Shown here in pieces: positions 9,965 to 21,097 of a stretch of DNA of 64,000 bases. A program made the translations under genes and the position numbers. How positions within the stretch are numbered: position 1 is the stretch's first letter; the number at the start of each line of letters is the position of its first letter. A model generated the notes under the pieces. That model saw only the letters and a list, made by a program, of their open reading frames with translations. It made no database searches and was not told the DNA's origin. The DNA is from an uncultured Spirochaetota bacterium. GTDB lineage: Bacteria; Spirochaetota; UBA4802; UBA5550. The stretch covers positions 32,001 to 96,000 of the forward strand of contig CAWHAA010000002.1 in NCBI GenBank assembly GCA_963827275.1, in the 5' to 3' direction.

Positions 9965-10471
9965 TTACTTGATCTTTACCGAGAGGATCTCGCCGATATA
10001 CATGCGGTGGTAATCCCGCTGCTGATAGTTGTCAGAAATTGACGGGTCAATGAAATTGTTCGGATTGAGGTCCTGGTAATAGATTGTTTTACACTCAATG
10101 ACGATCCGCGCTTCGGCGAAATACACGGCGTTGTTCGCGGTCCGTACCGGCGTGATGCCGGTTTCCGCGGCCTTGTTGACGTCGCGGCCCGAACGCGCAC
10201 CGCAGAATTTCAGCACATCGCGGTATTTTTCATGAAAAAACGACAGGGTGAAAAAATCATTTTTTTCAAGGAAGGTGTAGGTATGGCGCTGCGGCCTGAC
10301 GACGATGAAGCAGACATTTCTGTTCCACAGCACGCCCATGCCGCCCCACGACGCGGTCATCGTGTTATAGGCATCGATGGTGCCCGCAGTGATGAGCATC
10401 CAGTCCTTGCCGAGGAGCTGGAACACGTTTTCATTCAGCTTTTCCGGCCGGATTTCGTAGAGATCCTGCAT
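9965..10471 (-). CDS. Flavin reductase-like FMN-binding protein (flavoredoxin family)
   Basis: WMLITAG..NTMTASWGG..VRPQRHT..SGRD..YHRMYIGEI; start 10471 has a GGGAGG RBS. Confidence 0.88.
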   Translation of the reverse strand: MQDLYEIRPEKLNENVFQLLGKDWMLITAGTIDAYNTMTASWGGMGVLWNRNVCFIVVRPQRHTYTFLEKNDFFTLSFFHEKYRDVLKFCGARSGRDVNKAAETGITPVRTANNAVYFAEARIVIECKTIYYQDLNPNNFIDPSISDNYQQRDYHRMYIGEILSVKIK

Positions 10472-10485
10472 CGTGCCGCCTCCCG

Positions 10486-11352
10486 TCATTCCGTCATGAT
10501 TTCAGCGCCTGTTTCCGTGACCAGGATCGTGTGCTCCCACTGCGCCGAGAGCTTGCCGTCAATGGTCACCGCGGTCCAGGAATCAGGCATGAGCCTGGTC
10601 TCGAACCGCCCCTGGTTGATCATGGGCTCGATAGTGAACACCATCCCCGGCATCATCATGATGCCCCGCTTTCTGCTCCCGTAGTGATGGACATGGGGCT
10701 CTTCATGGAACCTGATCCCGATGCCGTGACCGCCGTAATCGCGAACGACTGAAAACCCGTTTTTCACGGCATGCTGCTCGATGGCGTAGCCGATCTCCCC
10801 GAAATCGCGGTACGGCATTACCTGGTCAATGCCGATATCAAGGCACTCGCGCGCCACCTGGACAAGGCGCCGGGCCTCGGCGGACACGTCGCCGATCATG
10901 AACATTTTTCCCGCGTCGCCGTAGTAGCCGTCAAGGATGGTGGTGACGTCCACGTTCAGAATGTCCCCCTCGCGTATTACCGTGGCGTCCGGGATGCCGT
11001 GGCAGATGACATTGTTCAGCGAGACGCACACGCTTTTCGGGTACCCGTTGTAATTGAGGGGCGCCGGGACCGCCCCGCGGCTCACGATATATTCATGCAC
11101 CCATTCGTTGATGGTGTCCGTCGCGATCCCCGGCCGCATCCGCTCCGATACCATGGCAAGGACGTCCCGGGTAAGCCTGCTGCTTTTCCGAATGCCTTCG
11201 ATCTGGGACGCGGTCTTGATAATGACGCCGGGAGGAGCAGCGATCCGCTCCTTTGTAACAGTACCGCCCGCGATATCCGAATCGAGGTGGCATTTTTTAT
11301 ATTTTTTCCCGCTGCCGCACCAGCAGAGATCGTTTCTCGCGATTTTTTTCAT
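10486..11352 (-). CDS. map: Type I methionine aminopeptidase with N-terminal SEC-C motif
   Basis: RNDLCWCGSGKKYKKCH (SEC-C); ICHGIP, DVT..GD, GHGIG..FHE, FTIEPM, SAQWEHT. Confidence 0.95.
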   Translation of the reverse strand: MKKIARNDLCWCGSGKKYKKCHLDSDIAGGTVTKERIAAPPGVIIKTASQIEGIRKSSRLTRDVLAMVSERMRPGIATDTINEWVHEYIVSRGAVPAPLNYNGYPKSVCVSLNNVICHGIPDATVIREGDILNVDVTTILDGYYGDAGKMFMIGDVSAEARRLVQVARECLDIGIDQVMPYRDFGEIGYAIEQHAVKNGFSVVRDYGGHGIGIRFHEEPHVHHYGSRKRGIMMMPGMVFTIEPMINQGRFETRLMPDSWTAVTIDGKLSAQWEHTILVTETGAEIMTE

Positions 11353-11507
11353 TCAATTTTCCGTGCCCGCACTACCGATACGGCTATCTGTTATGATATG
11401 CCATGTGCGGATCAACATCAATGTTCTTTAACGAAAAAATAAATCCCGTCAAGCAGGAAAATCATTTTTGATGAGACCCGCCGGCCGCCGCCTTCGGCGC
11501 TGTGATG

Positions 11508-11542
11508 AAAAAAAGGGTGATTCGATTTTCGAATCACCCTTT
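11508..11542 (-). terminator. Rho-independent terminator of the tRNA-Lys/tRNA-Glu transcript
   Basis: AAAGGGTGATTCGA-TTT-TCGAATCACCCTTT hairpin followed by T7 on the minus strand, just downstream of tRNA-Glu. Confidence 0.85.
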
Positions 11543-11548
11543 CGAATG

Positions 11549-11621
<73 letters not shown>

Positions 11622-11637
11622 ATATGTTATAGTGTAT

Positions 11638-11710
11638 TGAGACGCCCGAGAATTGAACTCGGGACCCACTGCTTAAAAGGCAGTTGCTCTACCGACTGAG
11701 CTAGCGTCTC
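11638..11710 (-). tRNA. tRNA-Lys (TTT)
   Basis: Reverse complement GAGACGCTAGCTCAGTCGGTAGAGCAACTGCCTTTTAAGCAGTGGGTCCCGAGTTCAATTCTCGGGCGTCTCA; CCA not encoded. Confidence 0.96.
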
Positions 11711-11795
11711 AAAATATAAAAATACCAGATACTGAAATGCACAGTAACTGTCAATAAAAATTAATTATTTCATGTTAAAAATCAATACGCGGCGG

Positions 11796-13157
<1,362 letters not shown>

Positions 13158-13264
13158 TTAGACTGACATGATAGAATATCATAAATAAAAATAACAAGCC
13201 TTTTTCATGGCAACAGCATTAATTATACAGGAAGCGTCTTCATGCTCATGACACGGTGCACGCA

Positions 13265-13684
13265 ATGAACAACCTCATACGATTCGGCGTTTCAATCGAC
13301 CAGAAGCTCCTCAAGCAGTTCGATTCCATCATCACGGAGAAAGGATACGTCAACCGATCGGAAGCGATACGCGACCTGATACGCGACATGCTTGTGTCAG
13401 AAGACATCGCCAATCCCGATGCGGAATCGATCGGCACCCTGACCCTGGTATACAGCCATGACGTGCGCGAATTGTCCGAAAAGCTGAATGAAATACAGCA
13501 CCACAATCATAAAATCATCGTATCAACGACACACATCCACCTGGATGAGCACAACTGCCTTGAGGTACTGATACTCAGGGGCAAAACAAAAGACGTGTCG
13601 CTTATAGCCGACCGGCTCCTGTCGGTAAAAAATGTGCGCCATGGAAAGCTTTCCATCACCTCGGCGGCAAAAAATATCAGGTAA
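13265..13684 (+). CDS. nikR: Nickel-responsive transcriptional regulator
   Basis: Ribbon-helix-helix RFGVSI..NRSEAIRDLIR; QHH..HIHLDEHNCLE nickel site. Confidence 0.93.
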   Translation: MNNLIRFGVSIDQKLLKQFDSIITEKGYVNRSEAIRDLIRDMLVSEDIANPDAESIGTLTLVYSHDVRELSEKLNEIQHHNHKIIVSTTHIHLDEHNCLEVLILRGKTKDVSLIADRLLSVKNVRHGKLSITSAAKNIR

Positions 13685-13691
13685 AAAAGGT

Positions 13692-13719
13692 TAAATTCTC
13701 ACCCCGCGCCGCCCGATAC
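13692..13719 (+). promoter_or_regulatory. Candidate sigma28 (FliA/SigD-type) promoter of the LysM/M23 gene
   Basis: TAAA (13692-95)-N16-CCCGATAC (13712-19) versus consensus TAAA-N15/16-GCCGATAA. Confidence 0.45.
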
Positions 13720-13767
13720 TATGAGTAGGCTTCTTTTGCCCATGAGGGGCAAATACGGGAAAAAGGG

Positions 13768-14637
13768 ATGTTTACCGTGCATAACAGGGATGTTTGCAGT
13801 CTCATATCCATTGCTGTCTTTTTTTGTCTTGTCTCCCCCAGCACTCTGCCCGCGCAAACCGGCGACATAATCATTCCGGAGAGAACAGCCTATATCGCCA
13901 GGGTTACCACGCGCCCGGACTCATATGAGAACTACAGGGCAAAAAAGAACATTCAGGCACGCAGGCCTTCAGGGCAGCAAAAAAAACGATCATCGTTTAT
14001 TAAAATCCGGAAAAACACCAACATTGAATCAGGAAAAAAGAATACCGTGAAGAAAGCTTTAAAAATTCATACGGTCAGGCCCGGGGACACCCTCACCGGC
14101 ATAGCCCGTAAAACGGGCACAACCGTTGAAGCATTAATCGCATGCAATAAGCTGAAAAATAAAAATGCAATTAACATCGGCATGTCATTGAAAGTCCCCG
14201 CCGCGTTACGCAGGACCCCGTCTCCACCTGTTTCGAAGAGATATCCTGGGAAGAGCGCGAAAACAAACAATTCGCCGCACTTCCGGTGGCCGATCAGCAG
14301 CGTAATCAACTATCACAATGACGGCCGGGACGGGGTAAAACCTATTGGAATAATCATTACGGGGAAAAAAGGGTCGCCTGTCCTTTCATCCGCCCCGGGC
14401 ACGGTAAAAAAAATCGGCTCGATGAGAGGATTCGGCAACTATATTGTCATCGCCCACAAGGGGCGATATTCTACTGTGTATGCGAACCTTGACCGGATAT
14501 CCGTTGCAAGCGGAGACAGGGTCGCCGCCGGCAATACGATCGGACGGATTAATTCCTCCAATCAAAAACTCCATTTCCAGATAGATTTGGAAGGAAAACC
14601 GGAAAATCCGTTAAAATATCTCCCGGGCAATATTTAA
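13768..14637 (+). CDS. LysM + M23-family protein (NlpD-like amidase activator)
   Basis: LysM HTVRPGDTLTGIA; M23-like C-terminus with YANL replacing the HxH region and LHFQI. Confidence 0.85.
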   Translation: MFTVHNRDVCSLISIAVFFCLVSPSTLPAQTGDIIIPERTAYIARVTTRPDSYENYRAKKNIQARRPSGQQKKRSSFIKIRKNTNIESGKKNTVKKALKIHTVRPGDTLTGIARKTGTTVEALIACNKLKNKNAINIGMSLKVPAALRRTPSPPVSKRYPGKSAKTNNSPHFRWPISSVINYHNDGRDGVKPIGIIITGKKGSPVLSSAPGTVKKIGSMRGFGNYIVIAHKGRYSTVYANLDRISVASGDRVAAGNTIGRINSSNQKLHFQIDLEGKPENPLKYLPGNI

Positions 14638-14847
14638 TTTTTAATAATCATTAACACGTTCAAATGAACCATTTGTAAGATTTTATTATATCCCCCCACG
14701 TCCTGATACTATCGCATGTCATATAACCACGATTTGCATTATTATTTTGTTCAACATCAAAAATTGCTCTTTTTTTAATTGAAGAATTTTACCCCCCGGA
14801 ATTAATTGACTGACACCGTGTTTATAATTATTATTTGGATAGGACAT

Positions 14848-15132
14848 ATGGAACCGAAGAAAATCACCATAAAAGATCTGGGAACCGTTTACCGGGAGCT
14901 GCAAAAGGGCACCGAGAAGTCAATTGGCAATTATCTCTACAAGGGCCTGAGGATCCAGGTAAGCAAATACAAATCATCAGGGACAGAGCGGTACATGCGG
15001 CTGTACAACAAGCGGAGGGACGACGGACTGTGCATACGGTGCGGCGTCAAGGTCACCAAAAAAAATCCGCACACCGGGAAATTGTACCGGCTCTGTGAAT
15101 TTCACCGCGATATTACCGACCGGCGAAAGTAG
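14848..15132 (+). CDS. Small basic protein with C-terminal CxxC..CxxH zinc-finger-like motif (resembles Leptospira LIC10235-type proteins, from memory)
   Basis: AGGA RBS; GNYLYKGLRIQVSKY..GLCIRCG..YRLCEFHR. Confidence 0.8.
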   Translation: MEPKKITIKDLGTVYRELQKGTEKSIGNYLYKGLRIQVSKYKSSGTERYMRLYNKRRDDGLCIRCGVKVTKKNPHTGKLYRLCEFHRDITDRRK

Positions 15133-15228
15133 CGACCGGGAGGACCCGTCGGTTGCGGAACACCTGAGGATGCGGTTCCGGGATACACCTTACTCGTCTG
15201 CCCTTATGGGGAAGGGACAGGGCTGCGG

Positions 15229-16071
15229 TCAATCATTGAAATCCATCGACAGATCAAACGCTTTCACTGAATGCGTTAGCGAGCCCATGGATATATAATC
15301 GATAGCCAGTTCCCGCAACTCCCTGATCCGTTCCTCATTCATATTCCCGGACACCTCGATCCTGGCCTTTTTATCGATTATGCCAACTGCGTCTCTCATC
15401 ATCCCGGTGTTCATGTTATCGAGCATGATGATGTCAGCCCCGGCGGAAACGGCCTCCCTCACCTCGTCCAGGCATGTCGTTTCAACCTCCACGACATAGC
15501 GTGTTCCGTACTGCCCGCGCACCATGCCGACCGCGGTGCCGATGCTCCCGGCGGCCCTGATGTGATTGTCCTTGATCATGACCATGTCATAGAGCCCCAT
15601 GCGGTGATTTTCACCGCCGCCGGTCTTGACCGCATACTTGTCGAGGATGCGGAACCCCGGCAGTGTCTTGCGCGTGTCCAGCAGCTTGATCTTCGTCCCT
15701 GCCAGGAGCGAAACCGCCCGGGACGTCCCGGTCGCAATCCCGCTCATCCGCTGCAAAAAGTTCAGCATGATGCGTTCTCCCGCCAGCACGCTTATCGTCG
15801 GGCCCGACACCGTCATGACCCGGGCCCTGTCGCCGATGATATCACCGTCGCGGGCCATGGCAACGACGGCTACGCGGGAATCGATTATTTCATACACGTA
15901 ACGCGCCATGTCCGCGCCGCAGAAAATTCCCTGCTGCTTTGAGATGATCACCGCCCGCGAGGTATCCTCCGGTTTGAATATCGCGCGGGAGGTGACATCG
16001 CCGCCGGCGATGTCCTCCTTGACGGCAAGCCGTATCAGCGGTTCAACATCGGAAATTTGTATCCTGCCCAT
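15229..16071 (-). CDS. nadC: Nicotinate-nucleotide diphosphorylase (carboxylating)
   Basis: DTRKT, NHRMGLYD, IKDNH, EVE, IMLDNM motifs. Confidence 0.96.
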   Translation of the reverse strand: MGRIQISDVEPLIRLAVKEDIAGGDVTSRAIFKPEDTSRAVIISKQQGIFCGADMARYVYEIIDSRVAVVAMARDGDIIGDRARVMTVSGPTISVLAGERIMLNFLQRMSGIATGTSRAVSLLAGTKIKLLDTRKTLPGFRILDKYAVKTGGGENHRMGLYDMVMIKDNHIRAAGSIGTAVGMVRGQYGTRYVVEVETTCLDEVREAVSAGADIIMLDNMNTGMMRDAVGIIDKKARIEVSGNMNEERIRELRELAIDYISMGSLTHSVKAFDLSMDFND

Positions 16072-16171
16072 GACGCATCCCCGTGTAACATCGTATTTTT
16101 TTCACTGCATCACGCCGCAGCAGCGTGTCAACGTATTTTACGGATTTAACATCGCCGGCGCGTGACGGCGG

Positions 16172-18181
16172 TTATTTCCCGCTCTTTTTGATGAGTTCAA
16201 GCTTTTTCTCAATATCGAGCATCTGGTCCCTCATCACCGCCGCTTTTTCGAACTCGAGGTTGTCCGCCGCGCGGAGCATCTCTTCGTGGAGCCGGTCGCG
16301 GGCCTCCGCGAGCTTCACCGGGTCGCCGGAATGATAGGTCGCCCCGTAGTCGGCGACCAGGTCAGCGTACCTGCTTTCGTCCTGGTATTCCCGCTCGATG
16401 ATATCGACGATCTCCTTCCGGATCCCTGCAGGCGTGATGTTGTGCTCCTTGTTGTACTGCTCCTGGATGGCGCGGCGGCGGCTGGTCTCGTCGATCGTCT
16501 GCCGCATGGAGTCGGTCATGGTGTCGGCATACAGGATGACCGACCCGTTGATGTTCCGCGCGGCGCGTCCCGCCGTCTGTATGAGGGAGCGCGCCGACCG
16601 GAGGAAGCCCTCCTTGTCCGCGTCAAAGACCGCCACGAGCGAGACCTCGGGCAGGTCAAGTCCCTCGCGCAGAAGGTTGATCCCGACCAGGCAGTCGAAC
16701 TCGCCGCGCCTGAGGTCGCGGATGATCTCGACCCGCTCTATGGTATTGATCTCTGAATGGAGATACCGCGCCCTGATCCCCACCTCTTCGAAGTATTTCG
16801 TCAGGTCTTCCGCCATCTTTTTGGTGAGGGTGGTCACGAGCACCCGCTCATCCCGCCCTGCGCGTATATTGATCTCTTTTATGAGGTCGTCCACCTGGTC
16901 CCGGGCCGGGCGCACAACAATCACCGGATCAACAAGGCCGGTCGGCCTGATCACCTGCTCCACGACCCGCCCGCTTTTCGCCAGCTCGTATTCAGCCGGG
17001 GTTGCCGACACGAACACGACACGGTTGATCATCGCCTCAAATTCATCGAAATAGAGCGGCCGGTTGTCCAGTGCGGACGGCAGCCTGAACCCGAAATCGA
17101 CCAGGTTCTGCTTCCTGGCCCGGTCTCCCTCGTACATCCCGCGCACCTGGGGGATTGATACGTGGGATTCGTCGATGAACATGATGTAATCGCCCCTGAA
17201 ATAATCGAGCAGGCAGGCGGGGCGCTCGCCCGGCCTGCGGCGGGATATGATGCGCGAGTAATTTTCAATGCCGCTGCAGTATCCCATCTCGGCGAGCATC
17301 TCCATGTCGTAGCGGGTCCTGCTCTCCAGCCGCTGCGCCTCGACGAGTTTCCCCTTTGCGCGGAACTCCTCCAGGCGATGGCCCAGCTCCTCCTCGATCA
17401 TCCCGATCGTCTCCTTCATTGTCTCCATTGATGAAACGAAATGCTTGGCGGGGTAGATATAGCAGCTTTTCACCTTGCCGGTCGACGAGCCGGTAACGGG
17501 ATTGATGCGCGTGATGCCCTCTATCTGGTCCCCGAAAAATTCCACCCGGTAGGCTTCCCGCTGGAGGTATGCGGGAAAGATCTCCACCACGTCACCGCGG
17601 GCACGGAAGGTCCCCCGTATAAAGGATATATTGTTCCGGTCATAGTATATCGACACGAGCCTCCTGAGGAGGTCGTCGCGCTCCATGCGGTCTCCCACGT
17701 GGAGCCGTATCTGGGATCGGTCAAAGTCCTCCGGCGTCCCCAGGCCGTAGATGCACGACACGGAGGACACCACGATCACGTCACGGCGCTCCAGTATCGA
17801 CGAGGTCGCCTTCAGCCTGAGGCGGTCAATCTCGTCATTGATGGAGGCGTCCTTCTCAATATACAGATCGGAGGAGACGACGTAGGCTTCCGGCTGGTAA
17901 TAATCATAATAGGACACGAAATATTCCACCGCGTTTTCCGGGAAAAATTCTGAAAATTCGCGGTACAGCTGCGCCGCCAGGGTCTTGTTGTGGGTCAGCA
18001 CCAGCGTCGGCTTCCGCACCGCTTCGATGACCTTCGCCATGGTGAAGGTCTTCCCGGATCCGGTGACACCGAGCAGGGTCTGGAATTTTTCTCCGTTGCG
18101 CACGCCGTCGATCAGGCCCGCAATCGCGGTCTCCTGGTCCCCTGACGGCTTGAAGCGCGATACAACTTTGAATTCCGGCAT
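16172..18181 (-). CDS. uvrB: Excinuclease ABC subunit B
   Basis: [18 protein letters not shown] beta-hairpin, [18 protein letters not shown]-terminal UVR domain. Confidence 0.98.
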   Translation of the reverse strand: MPEFKVVSRFKPSGDQETAIAGLIDGVRNGEKFQTLLGVTGSGKTFTMAKVIEAVRKPTLVLTHNKTLAAQLYREFSEFFPENAVEYFVSYYDYYQPEAYVVSSDLYIEKDASINDEIDRLRLKATSSILERRDVIVVSSVSCIYGLGTPEDFDRSQIRLHVGDRMERDDLLRRLVSIYYDRNNISFIRGTFRARGDVVEIFPAYLQREAYRVEFFGDQIEGITRINPVTGSSTGKVKSCYIYPAKHFVSSMETMKETIGMIEEELGHRLEEFRAKGKLVEAQRLESRTRYDMEMLAEMGYCSGIENYSRIISRRRPGERPACLLDYFRGDYIMFIDESHVSIPQVRGMYEGDRARKQNLVDFGFRLPSALDNRPLYFDEFEAMINRVVFVSATPAEYELAKSGRVVEQVIRPTGLVDPVIVVRPARDQVDDLIKEINIRAGRDERVLVTTLTKKMAEDLTKYFEEVGIRARYLHSEINTIERVEIIRDLRRGEFDCLVGINLLREGLDLPEVSLVAVFDADKEGFLRSARSLIQTAGRAARNINGSVILYADTMTDSMRQTIDETSRRRAIQEQYNKEHNITPAGIRKEIVDIIEREYQDESRYADLVADYGATYHSGDPVKLAEARDRLHEEMLRAADNLEFEKAAVMRDQMLDIEKKLELIKKSGK

Positions 18182-18350
18182 AGTTTACACTCGGCAGTTT
18201 CCAGCACAACGGTAAATATCAGTCCCTGATTCATGTGAACCCGTTCCATGGATACAGTAAAGCAATTTTTTTCGACCCGATGGCTGCCCCCCGCGGGTCG
18301 TGTCATAGAGTCCCACTGCCATGCCGTGACATGGCCGCTGTCCGGCTGAT

Positions 18351-18409
18351 GTAACATGGCCGTAATATTGACGCCCTTCATCATGGCGATCGTGTTGCAC
18401 GCATGTTAA
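18351..18409. promoter_or_regulatory. Two GlnR-box-like sites upstream of amtB
   Basis: GTAAC-n6-GTAAT (+, 18351-18366) and TTAAC-n6-GCAAC (-, 18394-18409); actinobacterial GlnR boxes are gTnAc-n6-GaAAc. Confidence 0.45.
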
Positions 18410-18446
18410 ATTAATCATCTATGCCATGATCTTCTCTTCACGCGTA

Positions 18447-18476
18447 TTGACACCACGCCGGACTGATACATATTAT
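18447..18476 (+). promoter_or_regulatory. Candidate sigma70 promoter of amtB-glnK
   Basis: TTGACA (18447-52), 18-nt spacer, TATTAT (18471-76). Confidence 0.5.
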
Positions 18477-18576
18477 GGATTTATTAAATGCAATTGCCAC
18501 GAAGACCGCGACGGCACGCGGTTTTGTACGGGATACCCCGGGGCGCTGCATAAAATGACAGAAGGAGGCAGCGAAC

Positions 18577-19812
18577 ATGATGGAAAACATTAATTATGCC
18601 GATCTGACATGGGTCATGATAGCTACGGCGCTGGTCATGATAATGACCCCGACCCTTGCGTTCTTTTACGGCGGCCTGGTACGGAAGAAGAATATATTGT
18701 CCGTGCTGATGCAATGCATGGTAATCCTCTGCCTGGTATCGATCCAGTGGATCCTGTTCGGGTACAGCCTGGCATTCGGCCCGGATATAGGTGGCGTCAT
18801 CGGCGGCCTTGACTGGCTGGGACTTTCCGGCGTCGGCATGGCACCGCACGACACCTACATGAACACCATACCGCACAGCCTCTTCATGGCCTTCCAGATG
18901 ATGTTCGCCGTTATCACCCCCGCCCTTATCATAGGCGCTTTCGCGGAGAGGATCAAATTCTCAGGGTTTCTTCTTTTCACACTGCTCTGGTCGACCCTGG
19001 TCTACGATCCCCTTGCCCACTGGGTCTGGGCGAAAGACGGGTGGCTCATGTCGCTCGGCGCGCTCGATTTCGCCGGCGGTACCGTCATCCATATCAACGC
19101 CGGGATTTCGGCCCTCGTGTTCGTGCTCCTGCTCGGGAAGCGGAACGGCCACGAGCACCATGTTCCGCACAACCTTCCTTTCGCGGTACTGGGCGCCGGG
19201 TTCCTCTGGTTCGGCTGGTTCGGATTCAACGCGGGCAGCGCCGGGGCGGCGAACACCGTGGCGGTTGCCGCGTTTATCAATACCAACACTGCCGCGGCCG
19301 CGGCGGGTATCGCCTGGATGGTCCTTGACTGGATCGTCAACAAGGTGCCGACCATGCTCGGCATTGCGACCGGCCTGGTCGCCGGCCTCGTGGCCGTCAC
19401 CCCGGCAGCCGGCTATGTCACGCCGATGTCGGCGATTGCAATCGGCGCCCTCGCCAGCCTGGTCTGCTTCTTCTTCGTCACCATTATCAAGGCGAAGCTC
19501 GGATATGACGACGCCCTTGACGTTTTCGGCGTGCATGGCGTGGGCGGTATCATCGGCGCCCTTGCGACCGGGCTCTTCGCGACAAAATCGGTCAACGCAG
19601 CCGGAAACGACGGTCTGTTTTACGGCAACCCCGGCCTGCTGGGAGTCCAGGCTCTCACCGTGCTGGTGGCCATCGTCTTCTCGGCCGTCATGACCGTACT
19701 ATTGTACAAGCTTGTCGATTTCCTCGTCGGCATGAGGGTCGAAAGCAAGGATGAAAATATCGGCCTCGATCTTACCCAGCACCACGAGACTGGGTATACT
19801 CTCCATGAGTAG
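18577..19812 (+). CDS. amtB: Ammonium transporter
   Basis: FYGGLVR, FQMMFAVIT, DFAGGTVIH, LWFGWFGFNAGS, DDALDVFGVHG. Confidence 0.97.
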   Translation: MMENINYADLTWVMIATALVMIMTPTLAFFYGGLVRKKNILSVLMQCMVILCLVSIQWILFGYSLAFGPDIGGVIGGLDWLGLSGVGMAPHDTYMNTIPHSLFMAFQMMFAVITPALIIGAFAERIKFSGFLLFTLLWSTLVYDPLAHWVWAKDGWLMSLGALDFAGGTVIHINAGISALVFVLLLGKRNGHEHHVPHNLPFAVLGAGFLWFGWFGFNAGSAGAANTVAVAAFINTNTAAAAAGIAWMVLDWIVNKVPTMLGIATGLVAGLVAVTPAAGYVTPMSAIAIGALASLVCFFFVTIIKAKLGYDDALDVFGVHGVGGIIGALATGLFATKSVNAAGNDGLFYGNPGLLGVQALTVLVAIVFSAVMTVLLYKLVDFLVGMRVESKDENIGLDLTQHHETGYTLHE

Positions 19813-19845
19813 TCCGATTAAAAATAGCGATGGAGGAGCGAACAT

Positions 19846-20187
19846 ATGAAATACGTAATTGCGATACTCAAACCCCACAAGCTGGAAGAAGTAATGGATG
19901 AGCTTGATAAAAATGAAATTCACCTTCGGACCGTCACAGAGGTATTGGGATGCGGTCGCCAGAAGGGGATCACCGAGGTGTACCGCGGCGTGAAGGAGAT
20001 CGGCTCACTCCTGAGAAAGGTCAAGCTTGAAATCGCGGTCAACGACGACTACCTTGAGCAGACGATAGAGGCCATCAGGAAGGGAGCGAGCGACGGGGAC
20101 ATCGGGGACGGAAAGATTTTCGTGCTCGATCTCAAGGACTGCATACGGATCCGCACCGGCGAACGGGGCAGCGAGGCGATAGGATGA
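19846..20187 (+). CDS. glnK: P-II family nitrogen regulator
   Basis: GCGRQKG..VYRG T-loop, [15 protein letters not shown]; directly downstream of amtB. Confidence 0.93.
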   Translation: MKYVIAILKPHKLEEVMDELDKNEIHLRTVTEVLGCGRQKGITEVYRGVKEIGSLLRKVKLEIAVNDDYLEQTIEAIRKGASDGDIGDGKIFVLDLKDCIRIRTGERGSEAIG

Positions 20188-21096
20188 TCACCGGGCGCCG
20201 CCGCCATCCGCAAGGGCGGCGGCGTACCGTATAACCGCTTCAAGGTTTGCCAGGAATCTCTTCTGCATTAATCTGTTACGGACAAACGGCGTCTTGTTGA
20301 CCATGATCTCCATGGAATGAAAGAGCAGGACAAACACCGGATCGCCGAAGTCCCTCCGCATGTCCCGCATTATTTTTTTCTGTTCCAGCACGCTCATGTG
20401 GGTCGGCCGCAGCCAGTTGTAAAAAAGCCAGGTATCGGGGAGGAACCTCCCGAGCGGCCCGAGCCGCTTACCGTAAATCGTGACCGGGTACTCCTGGATC
20501 CCCGTCCCGGCATTCTCCGTCGCTGCCCCGTACATGTCATCGGTGCTCACCCAGTAGGGCTGCAGCGGCGCCCTGCGATGGTCGGGCCCGCCGATCCCCG
20601 ACCAGTCGATCCCCGGGGTGACCGAGCTGTCATAGCGGTAGCCCAGCCGTGACAGCGCCCGTATTGTGTCGAGGTCAGCACCATAGCGCGCCGCCCGGTA
20701 CCAGACCGGCCGGTATCCGAGCCGGTCCTGTATCATCGTCGTCAGGTTCCGTATCTTTTCAAACTCGATCTCCGCCGAATGGGCGAAGCAGGGGAACTCC
20801 CCCGAGACCCTGCCGGCCGGGTCCCGGATCGTGACATGCGGTTCGATGTATTCCGAATGCAGGTGCGCGCCGATGACCGCGCCCTTCCCGACCTCGGAGG
20901 TCAGGACGCTGCAGCACCCGTCATCGCGCACCACCTCCGGGCTGACAAAATATATCGGCTGTATCCCGTAGCGGTCCCAGAGCGGGCGCAGCAGGCGCGG
21001 TATCCCCTCGGTGACGGAGGTGAAGGTGAGGGGTGACGAGCGGCGCCATGACGTATCGCAATCCGGCTCGGTATCGATGGTGATGAATAGTCTCAT
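20188..21096 (-). CDS. Polysaccharide deacetylase family protein (WalW-like)
   Basis: TIDTEPD, GAHLH, YRAARYG, YDSSVTP, LLFHSME. Confidence 0.8.
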   Translation of the reverse strand: MRLFITIDTEPDCDTSWRRSSPLTFTSVTEGIPRLLRPLWDRYGIQPIYFVSPEVVRDDGCCSVLTSEVGKGAVIGAHLHSEYIEPHVTIRDPAGRVSGEFPCFAHSAEIEFEKIRNLTTMIQDRLGYRPVWYRAARYGADLDTIRALSRLGYRYDSSVTPGIDWSGIGGPDHRRAPLQPYWVSTDDMYGAATENAGTGIQEYPVTIYGKRLGPLGRFLPDTWLFYNWLRPTHMSVLEQKKIMRDMRRDFGDPVFVLLFHSMEIMVNKTPFVRNRLMQKRFLANLEAVIRYAAALADGGGAR

Positions 21097-21097
21097 C

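Noticed and set aside
18511..18530. Possible sigma54 promoter CGGCACG..TTTTGT upstream of amtB
   Set aside because: It lacks the invariant GC at -12.
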